A stretch of 64,000 nucleotides of DNA from the NCBI GenBank assembly GCA_002269645.1, contig NIVC01003518.1, positions 29,711 to 93,710 of the forward strand. Direction: 5' to 3'. Made by a program: the position numbers and the translations under genes. The stretch is from Macrostomum lignano (lineage: Eukaryota). This document shows positions 27,901 to 63,907 of the stretch, one piece after another (position 1 is the stretch's first letter; every line of letters begins with the position of its first letter). The notes under the pieces are model-generated. The model worked only from the letters and a program-made list of their open reading frames with translations. It was not told the origin of the DNA and ran no database searches.

Positions 27901-30443
27901 GCACTTGGAATCGAGCCTGGGTCGCAGGCACACCAGAGCCTGCGCTAGACCGCTGGGCTACGGCCCCCCCCCTATAAAGTAAAGATAGTATGAGCCATAG
28001 ACAACATGCACATTTTTTACTGAGAAACCCACGACTGAAAGACAACAATTTTCAAGCCTGCATACGATTGGGCATCAAAATTGAGAGTCACTATGATTGA
28101 ATACCTCAAGGAGCATCTTCGGTTGACTGCAGCAGTTGTTGATCTAGGAATTAGCAAAAGAAGTCACTAGTGCAGACTGATGTTTATCGAATCGTTTGAA
28201 ATATATAGGAAAGGACATCCTTGTGTTCTAGAGTCCTAGAGATGTGCTAGATTAGAGTTCTCAGTGGAGTTTCTCAGTAAGAAATGTGCCTGCTAGGGTG
28301 CAACCCTTTGGTTATCTGTTTTCTTAATTAGCACAACGGAAGTAATACTCCTTCTTTAACTCTTTCTTTAAGCCGATTAACTGGCATAAAAGTCCATTAA
28401 TTGCCTCCCACGTTCTTGTAACGGTCATTATCATGTACTATACAAAACACGTTTTCAGCCGCAGCTGGCCCAGCACCTGTACTGACATGCTATGCACACT
28501 CAAACACTGCCGCAAAAATCGAACAGAGCTGTCCTGGATTCAATAAGTGCTATTTGGCCATTTACGGTAGTGGGGTGAGTCGACGCACAGATGTCAACGC
28601 GCATTGTTATTTAAACAGAAAGTCAGTTGTTCGATGCATGTGTTTGATTTTTTTCAGGCGGAATCGGGTAATTGCGGAGACTGCTCCCTGATCGAGTCTG
28701 CAGCTAAACTTACAGGACAAACAGTCAAATGTAGCACCTGCAGCACAGACAAGTGTAATGCGGGCTCGTCTACAGGTGCCATCGGCGCCGGCGGTGAGTG
28801 CCAATATACGATAATTTTTTAACTAGCTATGGGAATGGAGACAATTATCCTATATACGTCTAGAACCATTCCCTAGGCGCACTTATCTCGGTTTTAAAGG
28901 TTCCTTAGCATGAAAACACGCATATACCTACCGACAGACCATTTTTAGTACTTGGAAGTTGGGCCTACGAGCTAAACTTTCTTGCCTTCTCACTGCCTTT
29001 GATTTGCGGTAGTGCAGAGTGCTCACCTACAAACTAAAATATTTCCTGTGGATAAAAAAATAACAGTTTCAGGGCCTGGAAGTGCATCGGCCCTCGCGTG
29101 CTACTTGTTTGACTACAAAAGCAACGGACAACCCACTGAGCAGAAATGTTTTACAGGTCGAGAGTGTATGACAGTTTTCCATGATAAAAAAGTAAGTCAG
29201 CCTAAGTCTTCAAGGAATGAATAAAGATACTTCAAGTTAATTTTCGTTTGATTCTTTGCTATTATAGGCCATGTCGGGTGCTTGCGGAGACTGCTCGTTT
29301 ATCAATAGTGCAGTCAAGAAGATGGCGGTAAATTCGATAACATGCACAACCTGCAGCAAAGACAAGTGCAACTCAGGCTGGTCAAATAGCGGAGCTGGTG
29401 GTGAGCTTATCAGACGTTCGGGTGACATGTTCAACCAATTTTTTCAAGAATAGTTGGTAAAAACAAACAATACGTGCATGAATTTCAGGATGCACCAGGG
29501 GCTTTAGCACCAGGGGCTTTAGCACCAGGGGCGCCAGCACCAGGGGCTTTAGCACCAGGGGCTTTAGCACCAGGGGCTTTAGCACCAGGGGCGCCAGCAC
29601 CAGGGGCTTTAGCACCAGGGGCTTTAGCACCAGGGGCTTTAGCACCAGGGGCGCCAGCACCAGGGGCTTTAGCACCAAGGGCGCCAGCAGCAACAGTCGT
29701 TAGCAGCGAAAAAGCTACAAAAGGAGGGCAACGTATCCTTTTAGCAAATTCATTGCTCTCACCTCGCGATTCGGCCCCTTCGCTTTAGGTTTTTGAGCAC
29801 TAAATATTGCTTAGTGTTAATTCGATGCGTATTTACATTTTAGTGCCTGCATCGGCTCCAGGATTCAAGTGCTACGTGTTTAACAACAACGGCAGTGGTA
29901 AAATGACTGTTAAATGCAGTTCGCCTCTTAGCTGTCTGCTTTCCAAATATAATAATGGGAACAGTGATGTAAGTCACAAGTGTCCTGTCGGAATATTTTG
30001 ATTTCTACAAGTAAAAAATCAACTTCAACTCCCTTTAAGCTTGTGCTTGATAGTTGGATGGAAGTTTTCGTATGATTCCATCATTGAGGGCCAAACCCCA
30101 AATGCACAGAGGGTACGTCACAGCCTGACGATTAGAAAGCCAGGGCCGCTGTACACCTGTGTGAGCGTGTCTATGAGTGTCTCATTTATTAGCAACATGA
30201 ATGTCTTTGCAGATTTTTGAAGGCAGATGTGGAGACTGCGCCGCGATAAACGCCATGGGCAAGATAACAGGAGTGAAAGTCGAGTGTCACAGCTGCAAAA
30301 CTGACCTGTGCAACTCTGTTGAAGAATTCAAGAGAATCAGCAGTGCCAAGTCTGATGAGCAAAGCAGCGCTTCCTCGGTACAATACGGCAATATTGAAGC
30401 CATTGGCATAAATGTATTTTTGACTGTATTTGCTTATGCTTGA
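18938..30443 (+). CDS. Multi-exon gene for a ~996-aa secreted/GPI-anchored protein with 12 tandem 8-Cys three-finger (LU/Ly6/DUF753-like) modules
   Basis: Tentative signal exon 18938-18977 (MKQLIFSQLSALF). A/B exon pairs: 19038-19141/19236-19365; 20158-20255/20336-20462; 21354-21448/21526-21655; 21809-21930/22016-22154; 22671-22768/23104-23233; 24130-24239/24331-24448; 25104-25201/26191-26320; 26706-26812/26899-27010; 27185-27300/27401-27527; 28459-28574/28658-28793; 29073-29191/29268-29400; 29844-29968/30213-30443. All introns are GT-AG with phases 1-0-1, and the exons sum to 2991 nt in one open frame. B exons carry CGxC...CxxCxxxxC(N). The protein ends in the hydrophobic tail AIGINVFLTVFAYA*. 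Confidence 0.88.
19761..20000 (+). mobile_element. Fragment of a non-autonomous DNA transposon (hAT-like end) with internal ~21-bp repeats, intronic
   Basis: Starts CAGGAGCGTCGCCAGGGGG and has four gtgcctg(c/t)ggcgccaaaat-like units; no matching second TIR found. Confidence 0.4.
24530..24930. repeat. 15-bp minisatellite (GACAGTGACCAAGAG-like), intronic
   Basis: Direct reading. Confidence 0.95.
25270..25800. other. GC-rich insertion of unknown origin in the intron inside module 7
   Basis: Abrupt GC-rich segment in an AT-rich intron with no convincing ORF. Confidence 0.35.
27596..27976 (-). mobile_element. tRNA-derived SINE, copy 1
   Basis: Reverse complement of 34951-35310 with high identity; A-rich tail; TSD AAGTAAAGAT at 27586-27595 and 27977-27986. 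Confidence 0.88.
29494..29690. repeat. 15-bp minisatellite (GCACCAGGGGCTTTA / GCACCAGGGGCGCCA), intronic
   Basis: Direct reading; variants alternate in a regular higher-order pattern. Confidence 0.95.
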
Positions 30444-31898
30444 ATTAGTTTAAAGCATCAAGACTAAAAATGTGCTTGGCTCTAGAAAAGGTAAAATGAG
30501 AAATTTAAAGTTGTTTTTAACAGTCCACCAATATGCTATGCTGCTCCCGATGCTGCCACTAAAAAGTTGAAGAATAACATAACTTTTTAAGCCACATCTT
30601 TCGCACATTATTCCCACATACGTGTACTACATGTACGTAATGAACATAACCCTACCCACATAACAAAGTATATTTTTTCGTAAAAAATTTTAAATGCAAG
30701 GTTTTCGAGACTGAACAACAGTTACCGCTGTATGTACTTTAGTAAATCTATTGCAACCAGTTCGTACACATATAAATGTGCTGCTTTTGTAACTTCTGTA
30801 CGAAACAGTTTGTTTAAATTGCTAATAAATATCTGCAAGCTTGCTATCTACGCACATGGTATGGTTACATGGTAATAGATGCGACAGTACATGCACACAA
30901 GGCATACTTTTCCTACACCTTGCATGTATGCTCGTATGCATGCCAATGATCTTAACTTTATCAATTTGATGCTTAATGTTCGTACAACTGGACATAATAA
31001 ATTGGACGAAGTTCTCTGTTATACGGTAACTACTGCTCATATATTGTAAATGTTCTATGCGCGATATCCTACAACTCTCAAAGTGCTTGCAAAGTTAAAA
31101 CCATTCTGTTCTATTATTTATGTTTGTCAATTAATTTTGTCATTTAAAATTTTAAAGTGAACGCTTTATACACTTTCTGATACATTGATACACTTTTATT
31201 TGCAAAATAGGTTTTCTGTGAACATGTCCAAATTAAAAAACATGTACAAAATTGTACAAACATGTACCCCATATCATGCACTATATGGTAATTATAGACT
31301 GTCGAAGTGCTAATGTTAGCTTTCACTTGCATGTACGGCTATATGTTTGCAAACTGCAGATAAACATGAATAAAAAAGCGTCAAATACGCCTTCATACTT
31401 TAATACAGCTGATATACTTAGTTGCACAGTCAAAATGGATGCGCTTGCTTAGTGTCATTTTAAATTCATGCAATAAGCTAAAAATAATAAATGCTCAGTA
31501 GTATACGCGGTCGTACACAATGAATTTGCTCGTAAAGGTACATAGATATTATTTCATGCTAACGATATTAAAGTAATTTGCAGATTTGGAGCAGATTCTG
31601 AGCATTAATTACGAGTATATAACCGTGAATTTTTTCTGCAAAGAAAATAACAAAAAATACATGGTTGTCAGGAACTTCGAAAATAAATATTCTAGATAGA
31701 ATATCCCTTTAAAGTACAACTAATTTTAGTTGCTAGTAAATTATTGACTAGCTTCTTTGATTTAAATTTATTTAAAAATGATTTATTTGTTTGCATGAAC
31801 TTTTTACGGCAATTTAAAAATAAATTGGTATATGCATTTCTGATAGTAATTACCTACCTACAGTAAATGACTACGGCCAAGCTGTTTGCGGCTTCACT

Positions 31899-57649
<25,751 letters not shown>

Positions 57650-57865
57650 GTGGCGACAGATGTTTCTTTCTTGTAAAACGAGGACATGAATAGGTCGTGC
57701 AGAAGAATCTGCCACACAATCGGCTTACAGGAGTCGTTTTAAAAGTTTAAAGTCAATTTCAGGGATGTCTAAATGGCTGATTGAAGACCCTAAGAGTGCC
57801 GAATCAAGATGGGTTGTCTCGCTGTATGTCTAGTGGTGGAATGGTCTGACGAAATTATTAACTGT

Positions 57866-58035
57866 AGTAGTAGGGGAAATGTGGACTCTGCCGCAGGAAT
57901 TTCCGTGGGAAAACCACGGGCCTGTAGTGTGTAAACATAGCGCCTATGTAAATGCATTGGTGGACTCTGCCGCAGGGAAAGCCATGGAAATTCCATGGGG
58001 CCTTAGTGAGAGAACATAGGCCTATGTTTTTCTAT
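57866..58035. repeat. Putative left terminal repeat region with two ~79-bp imperfect direct repeats, each carrying two hairpins
   Basis: GTGGACTCTGCCGCAGG at about 57881 and 57960; hairpins ccgtgg/ccacgg and ccatgg/ccatgg; acatag..ctatgt twice. Confidence 0.6.
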
Positions 58036-58147
58036 TGCTGTATGTCTGCTGCAGTGGTTTAGTCTATATAAGGACCAAAAAATCTCTTTGATTCATGAAA
58101 AAACGATTTTTTTCGACGAGATAGTTTATTCTGTTAGATTTTAAGTC

Positions 58148-58915
58148 ATGGACATCGGCGAAGGATATAAACTCCAAATACAGGAGTATGAAGGAGTTAT
58201 GTTCATTGCTATCAGAAAATTTTACCGACATGGCAGCACTGCGAGTTTGAAACCTGGAGTCCCCGGCTTCAATTTGAACATCCGTCAGTGGGAGAAGCTC
58301 AAGGAGTTGAAGCGATCGCTTGTCAAGGCGGCCTTGGACAAACAGCCAAAGGTTGTCAAACTCGGCTTCGATAAGTTCATCGAAGTGAAAAACGGCATTA
58401 TCTGGTTAAAGCGATTGCCGGAGGACTGCTGCGACGAGTTTCTTAAGCGGAACACCGTGCCGCTGACACCGCCGCTGTGGCGAAAGCTGTGGCAGTACGC
58501 GGATTGGATCGACGAGCAGCTATCGGCTCCACGTGAGATTTCCGATGTATACGAGCTGGAGTCGGGATCTTCCTCCAACAGCATCGAAAATGAAGACGGT
58601 GCTGGCGAAAACGCGGAAGAGACCAAGCCGGTAGTGAAGGCGGAGGACGATGCTCCTGCTGCTGCTGGCGATGTGGCTGGCATGCCATCCAATCTGCAAA
58701 TCGACACAGCGTTTGCCACTTCAACGCCTCTGCAGCTGACCAAGCCAGCAGCTGGAGCGATTCCTCGGCAGGACACTGATCTGCAAGAGGACCCAGTCTG
58801 GTACCAGTTCCGAGCTCAAGCAGCCGCCGCTGAGAACGCCAGGAAACGCAAGCAGCCGCCGTTCGCTCTGCGCAGATTGGATGCCATGAAGCTGCCCAGG
58901 CCGTGCTTCGACTGA
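58148..58915 (+). CDS. PC4-like ssDNA-binding protein with two PC4-type repeats and an acidic tail
   Basis: IGEGYKLQIQEYEGVMFIAIRKFY...LKPGVPGFNLNIRQWEKL fits the PC4 pattern; a second degenerate copy reads LGFDKFIEV...LTPPLWRKL...WIDEQL; TATATAA at about 58065. Confidence 0.7.
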   Translation: MDIGEGYKLQIQEYEGVMFIAIRKFYRHGSTASLKPGVPGFNLNIRQWEKLKELKRSLVKAALDKQPKVVKLGFDKFIEVKNGIIWLKRLPEDCCDEFLKRNTVPLTPPLWRKLWQYADWIDEQLSAPREISDVYELESGSSSNSIENEDGAGENAEETKPVVKAEDDAPAAAGDVAGMPSNLQIDTAFATSTPLQLTKPAAGAIPRQDTDLQEDPVWYQFRAQAAAAENARKRKQPPFALRRLDAMKLPRPCFD

Positions 58916-59082
58916 TTGCAGACCCTCTGACATTAAGACAAACTCTGTGCCACGAGCTTTTTATCCAGACCTGCTTTCCATCTCTTTGTTTGAAAATAAA
59001 AAATATATGCTTGCTTTCACATGCGCTATACATTTTCAATGTCCTAAGAAAACCTAAAAAAAATGTTTCTTTGTTTCTGAAA

Positions 59083-60150
59083 ATGGAAAAAATTTATTTC
59101 AACCCAAATCAGCCTGCGAGCTATTGCAGTTCTTCAAAACTGCAACCTGAACTGCGAAAAAGAGGCGAGCATATTGAAGTCAAGAGCATTGAGCAGTGGC
59201 TAAGTCAGCAGCCAGTACACACTCTGCATAAGCCAGCTAGAGTACGATTTCCAAGGGCGCCAATAATAGTGAGGGCCATTGATGATCAGTGGGAGATGGA
59301 TCTGGTGTAAATGATTCCGTTTGCAAAGTATAATCGCGGGCATAAATACATTCTCACCTGCATTGATGTTTTGTCTAAATTTGCAATGGCCAGAGCACTG
59401 AAGTCTAAGAGCGCGGCAGAAGTGAAATCTGCGTTTGAGAGCATGCTGAAGAGCTCAAAGCGGCAGCCGCGCACTGTCCGCACAGATCAGGGAAAGGAGT
59501 TTGTCAACGCAATTTTTCGCCAGTTCTGCATAGACCGGGGGATTCTGGCGTTTCCAACTAGCAGTGAGCACAAAGCAGCCATAATTGAAAGATGGAATCG
59601 AACTTTAAAAAGCAAGATGTGGCGTTACTTTACTCACAACAGCACTCTACAATGGCTTGATGTGCTGCCTAAACTGGTCAAGTCCTATAACAATACTTTC
59701 CACAGAAGCATCAAGACTACACCAATGAATGTCAGCAAAGCAAACGAGACTGAAGTGTGGATGAACCTTTATGATGGGAAAGCGATTGAGACAGTTGAGA
59801 AACTGAGAAAACCGAAGTTCTGTGAAAACCAATCAGTGCGGATTTCCAATGCACCCAGACTCTTCAGGAAGGGATACAAGGCGAACTGGAGCGAGGAGGT
59901 GTACACCATAGTGTTTAGGGCACCAAAGCATTATCCCTACATGTACAGGATTCGAGACATGAAGGGGGAAGACATTAGAGGCCTCTTCCATGAGCATGAG
60001 CTGCAAGCTGTTCCGGACTCGCAGCGGCTGTATGTAATCGAGAAGGTTCTGAAGACTGAGAAGCGGAAGGGAAAGATCCGATATCTCGTCAAGTGGGCCG
60101 GCTACAAGTCCACTGACTGGGTGGATGAGAAGGACTTAAGAAAAGTGTAA
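59083..60150 (+). pseudogene. Retroviral-type (rve) integrase with C-terminal chromodomain; in-frame TAA at 59308-59310
   Basis: IYFNP..PASY, HTLHKPAR..FPR, DQWEMDLV*M, LTCIDVLSK, RTDQGKEF, KAAIIERWNRTLK, NWSEEVY, chromodomain IEKVLK...YLVKWAGY...WV. Confidence 0.9.
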
Positions 60151-60180
60151 GATACCGACATTGTGCAGCCATTCCCAACT

Positions 60181-60990
60181 ATGAGAAGCATCATCATTTG
60201 TAGCGAAAATGCTGAAGGTACTCCTAGTGACTTTCATTTTCACCTGCCTTCACCTATTTACTTGGATCGAAATGTGGACTATGAGGCAGGTCTGGCTGAA
60301 ATCCATCTGCCTGCTGCATGGTTCAATGTTGACGAGCCTTACTGCTTCACTGTCTCAGATGGAAGAGAGCATGAGGCCCTGGTTCTTCAACCCGGACGCT
60401 TTGCTAGAGTGGAGGAACTGGTTGAGCGCATGAATGAGCTGCTGGCCAACTCTGAGTCACTGTTCTTCGATGCAATGAGCGAAAGGGAGTCTGAAATGGA
60501 AGCTGATGAGTCCGGTTTAATGGGGCGAAGCAGCGCTAGAGATATTGGCATAAAGTTTGAAATCCAAGAGTTGAGAACGGTAGTGCTCAACAACACGGCT
60601 CGAGCAGAATTGTTCCTTCCATCAAGTAAAATTCTGCAGTGGCTGGGATTCGGAAACCAGCCTGTGAAGATCCCACCCGGACGGCAAGTGTCACTCTGCT
60701 GCATCAGTTGTCCGCCCACCAACCTGATCAACTTGCACTGCAGCATTGTGGAGCGAACAAACTGTAACTGGAACTCCGTGCTGCGAACTGTGAGCATGTC
60801 ATCCGATGTCGAATGGGGCAGCTACATGAGCAAAGTGTTTAAGAAAGCAATATTCTTCCCGATTCAGAAAGCTAATTTTCTACATGGCATTAGATTTCAA
60901 CTGCGTGACATCTTTGGCTACTCACTGACTGCTCGGAGCAGCAGCCCTGTTCTGCTCACAGTTCATATTCGGGAAAGGCTAATACAATGA
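60181..60990 (+). CDS. Minor capsid/penton-like protein
   Basis: TPSDFHFHLPSPIYL...YEAGLAEIHLP..WFNV N-terminus and C-terminal LHCSIVE...VLRTV...IRFQLRD...G pattern typical of Polinton/adintovirus pentons; position next to the MCP. Confidence 0.75.
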   Translation: MRSIIICSENAEGTPSDFHFHLPSPIYLDRNVDYEAGLAEIHLPAAWFNVDEPYCFTVSDGREHEALVLQPGRFARVEELVERMNELLANSESLFFDAMSERESEMEADESGLMGRSSARDIGIKFEIQELRTVVLNNTARAELFLPSSKILQWLGFGNQPVKIPPGRQVSLCCISCPPTNLINLHCSIVERTNCNWNSVLRTVSMSSDVEWGSYMSKVFKKAIFFPIQKANFLHGIRFQLRDIFGYSLTARSSSPVLLTVHIRERLIQ

Positions 60991-61078
60991 ACTACCAACA
61001 GCTGATTCGTCAGTATTCAGGGACTCTGGCAGGAAGCCAAAAGCCGCGCTCTATGGCTGTGGGAGTTTTCCAGGAATC

Positions 61079-61396
61079 ATGACTTATCAGCCTCCTCCAG
61101 AAGCTTCCACAAAGTCAATATCGCTATCAAAGCCAGGGCATACCACCGCCAGCGGTAGCAGCAGCAACAGCAGAAGCAATAGAAACAGACCAAAGCAGCG
61201 ACTAGTCAAACAGGGCAGTAAGAAGCAGACAAAAAAGAAGAAAAAGAGTAAGACGGAGAAATCACCGAAAAGAAGCCAGTCAGGGCGAAATAAACCTAAG
61301 AAAGGGAGGTCTAAAACTCAAAGCAAGAAAACAGGCAAAGGAAAGCAAAAAGTGAGCAAAAAGACTGTTAAACGTGTTCTGGACTCGCTCTCATAG
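61079..61396 (+). CDS. Small Lys/Arg-rich putative virion core/DNA-condensing protein
   Basis: 105 aa with a very basic C-terminal half, located between penton and MCP. It is preceded by a 31-codon ORF 60987-61082 joined by ATGA overlaps, so the two may be one frameshifted gene. Confidence 0.55.
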   Translation: MTYQPPPEASTKSISLSKPGHTTASGSSSNSRSNRNRPKQRLVKQGSKKQTKKKKKSKTEKSPKRSQSGRNKPKKGRSKTQSKKTGKGKQKVSKKTVKRVLDSLS

Positions 61397-61398
61397 CA

Positions 61399-62682
61399 AT
61401 GGCTTACGGATTCAACCCGAGACTCGATTTGTTCAAGTCCCCCGTGCTGCAGACTGCCATTGAAAAATCCACATATGTTGATATTCACCCCGAGAACTCT
61501 ATTGCTACTAACTCACCTATTGAATTCGACTGTCATCCATCGGCTGATGAGTACACTGATCTGCTGAGCTCATTCCTGTATATTCGCTGTCGCCTAGTCC
61601 GGCTTGGCGGGGCTTTGATGAGGGAGGAGGTTCGAAATGCCGATGGAGTTGTCACTGAGCGCAGAGACAGTGGGGTGCACCCAGAAAACTTTGTCCTGTC
61701 TACGGCATTCTCAGATGTAATCGTGAGCATCAACCAGCGCATTGTATCAGGTGGAGACCAGCTCTACCCCTACCATGCCTACCTAAAAGCTCTCATGAGC
61801 TCATCCGATGCTCAGCAGTTAAAGTTCTACCCCGCCGGATTCCTGGAACCCGAAACTGCTGCTGAGGGGCATGCCGAGAGACACAGGGAGTCCCGCTGGG
61901 TGGAGTATGCGGGACCACTGCTCAGCGACATTTTCCAGTGTCCTGTTCTGCTGCTGAACAATTTACACCTGCACATCAAGCTGATGCCCAGCGATACTGC
62001 ATTCGCCATCCGAACCCCAGATGAGAACAACACAGCCTACCGAATGGAAATCTCCCACTGCATTCTGAACCTGCGCCGAGTCAAAGTGGCGCCTCACATC
62101 AGCCTGGCGCATGAGCAGGGACTGACCAATCAGAACGCACTTTACCCCATCGAGCGAACCGAAATGCAAAACTTCATTCTACCACAGGGAATTCAGTCAA
62201 AAAACATTGAAGGATTCACCCATGGCAAACTGCCGAAGTTCGTTATGCTGGTCTTCGTGAACCACCGAGCCTTCAATGGCCATCACCATTCCAGCCCCTT
62301 CGAGTTCCAGAGCTTCAACCTCAGCCAGCTAGCACTAAAGAAAGGTGGTGAAGCCATGTGCCACGCTGCATTTGCACCTGAGAATAATTCATTCGTGAGA
62401 GAGTACTTGCACTACCTGAAAAGCTGTCAGTCAGCCAGCCCTACCAACTCGGTTCCGTGGGTCCCCTACCAGTTGTTCTCCAACGGCAACACAGCTTTCG
62501 CATTCGATCTCACGCCTGAGGGAGCGGCCCTGTGGTACGGACAGAAGGAGGGCAATTTGCGGCTGGAGATTCGCTTCCGACAGGCCCTGGAGGAGCCTGT
62601 ATCTCTGATTGTTATGTGCCTGTATGACTCACTGATTGAGGTCACCAAGCACAGGGAGATTCTGCTAGATTTTCCATCCTAG
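61399..62682 (+). CDS. Major capsid protein (double jelly-roll, Polinton/adintovirus hexon-like)
   Basis: 427 aa; LDLFKSPVLQTAIE...PIEF...YTDL..SFLY, PENFVLSTAFSDV...NQ, YPYHAYL, GKLPKFVML, AFNG...SPFEFQSFNL, GNTAFAFDLTP, GNLRLEIRF. Confidence 0.88.
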   Translation: MAYGFNPRLDLFKSPVLQTAIEKSTYVDIHPENSIATNSPIEFDCHPSADEYTDLLSSFLYIRCRLVRLGGALMREEVRNADGVVTERRDSGVHPENFVLSTAFSDVIVSINQRIVSGGDQLYPYHAYLKALMSSSDAQQLKFYPAGFLEPETAAEGHAERHRESRWVEYAGPLLSDIFQCPVLLLNNLHLHIKLMPSDTAFAIRTPDENNTAYRMEISHCILNLRRVKVAPHISLAHEQGLTNQNALYPIERTEMQNFILPQGIQSKNIEGFTHGKLPKFVMLVFVNHRAFNGHHHSSPFEFQSFNLSQLALKKGGEAMCHAAFAPENNSFVREYLHYLKSCQSASPTNSVPWVPYQLFSNGNTAFAFDLTPEGAALWYGQKEGNLRLEIRFRQALEEPVSLIVMCLYDSLIEVTKHREILLDFPS

Positions 62683-62705
62683 GAGTACGCTGGCGCAACG
62701 CTAAT

Positions 62706-63230
62706 ATGGATGCTTTTCAACTGCTTAAACTCGCTAAAAGCTTTTTGCCACAAAATAACTGTTTAATTATTGTCTTGAATTCAATAAATAAAACATCTTA
62801 TGCTTTGAACTTTATTCAGCGAGCAACTCTCAAAAGAAATTTATCTCGATGTAAGTTTATTTTCTTTCTGCTTCAGTACAGCTCATCCTTCGGTCACTGG
62901 GTGGTTTGTTATACTGATAAGGAGAATTCCATAGAACTCTTTAACTCTCTGGGCTGGGACTCCAGCACTTTAGAGATCATTCACAGAGCACTGAAATCCT
63001 TTTGGTATTCTCCATTCTACTTACGTAGCAATGTGAATCGAATTCAGAGCTGCAACTCTGCTAAATGCGGTTTGTTCTGTCTCTTGTTTGCCTATCAAAA
63101 GTTTCGTTTCAAGCGCTCGTTTGAGTGGGTTCTGCGGCACCTCCATGCAAATCAGCAGAGTCACTTGAATGAAAGAATTCTGCAAAGGTTTGAGAGTTGC
63201 TTAAGAAAAATAAATTTAATTAGATTTTAA
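62706..63230 (+). CDS. Adenain-like cysteine (maturation) protease
   Basis: GHWV (His), ELFNSLG (Asn where Asp/Glu is usual), IQSCNSAKCGLFC (Gln and Cys). Confidence 0.78.
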   Translation: MDAFQLLKLAKSFLPQNNCLIIVLNSINKTSYALNFIQRATLKRNLSRCKFIFFLLQYSSSFGHWVVCYTDKENSIELFNSLGWDSSTLEIIHRALKSFWYSPFYLRSNVNRIQSCNSAKCGLFCLLFAYQKFRFKRSFEWVLRHLHANQQSHLNERILQRFESCLRKINLIRF

Positions 63231-63256
63231 AAATCAAGAATTTAGCTCAACAGGCA

Positions 63257-63907
63257 ATGGAAACACGTGAGCGGATAAACTGTTATGATGTGCGCCTGCG
63301 ACAGGGAAGCTGCATGATTGTCAGCGGGCCTACAAATGCAGGAAAGACAACCTTCGTGAAACATCTGATACAATACAAGGATGTCATGTTTGATGTGAAG
63401 CCTGGGAGAGTTCTGTGGTACTACGGGATTTCACAAGCAGCACACTCTGAGCTCAGCAGTCTCGGCGTGCACCTGCAGCAGGGATTTCCCAGCAGTATCG
63501 AGACCGCACTGAGACCCAATGACCTGGTTGTATTTGATGACCTGATTGAAGAAACTTCCAATTCTGCTGCAATGCAAAATGTTTTCACTGGAATTGCCCA
63601 TCATTTGCCCTGCTTTCTGGTTATGCTCACCCAAAATGTATTTTTTAAAGGGAAGGAGTTGCGAACAATGAGTCTGAATGCGATGTACTTGTGATCATGA
63701 AGAACCCCAGAGACCAGCTGCAGATTGCAGCGCTGGCAGGCAGTGCTTTGCTGAAAGCCCGGCTTTCTGCTGTCAGTGTTCAAGCACGTGACATCGCACA
63801 GCAGGGGACCTACCTGCTGCCTGGATTTTCACCCTTCCACCCCTGATGAGCTGCGCGTCCGGGCTCGAATCCTGCCCAATCAGCGACCCCACCTTGTTTA
63901 CACTTAA
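63257..63907 (+). pseudogene. A32/FtsK-like DNA-packaging ATPase with frameshifts in the 3' third
   Basis: Walker A SGPTNAGKT, Walker B VVFDDL, HH....MLTQN...RTMSLN; continuation KNPRDQLQI...YLL.DFHPSTPDELRVR needs several frame changes after 63690. Confidence 0.85.

Noticed and set aside
29382-29788. Collagen-like (PGALA)n ORF
   Set aside because: The period is five residues rather than Gly-X-Y; it is an intronic 15-bp minisatellite between module 11 and module 12 exons.
31725-31745. GTTGCTAGTAAA as an RFX X-box upstream of the KIAA2012-like gene
   Set aside because: The second half-site is imperfect and the transcription start is unknown; not supportable from sequence alone.
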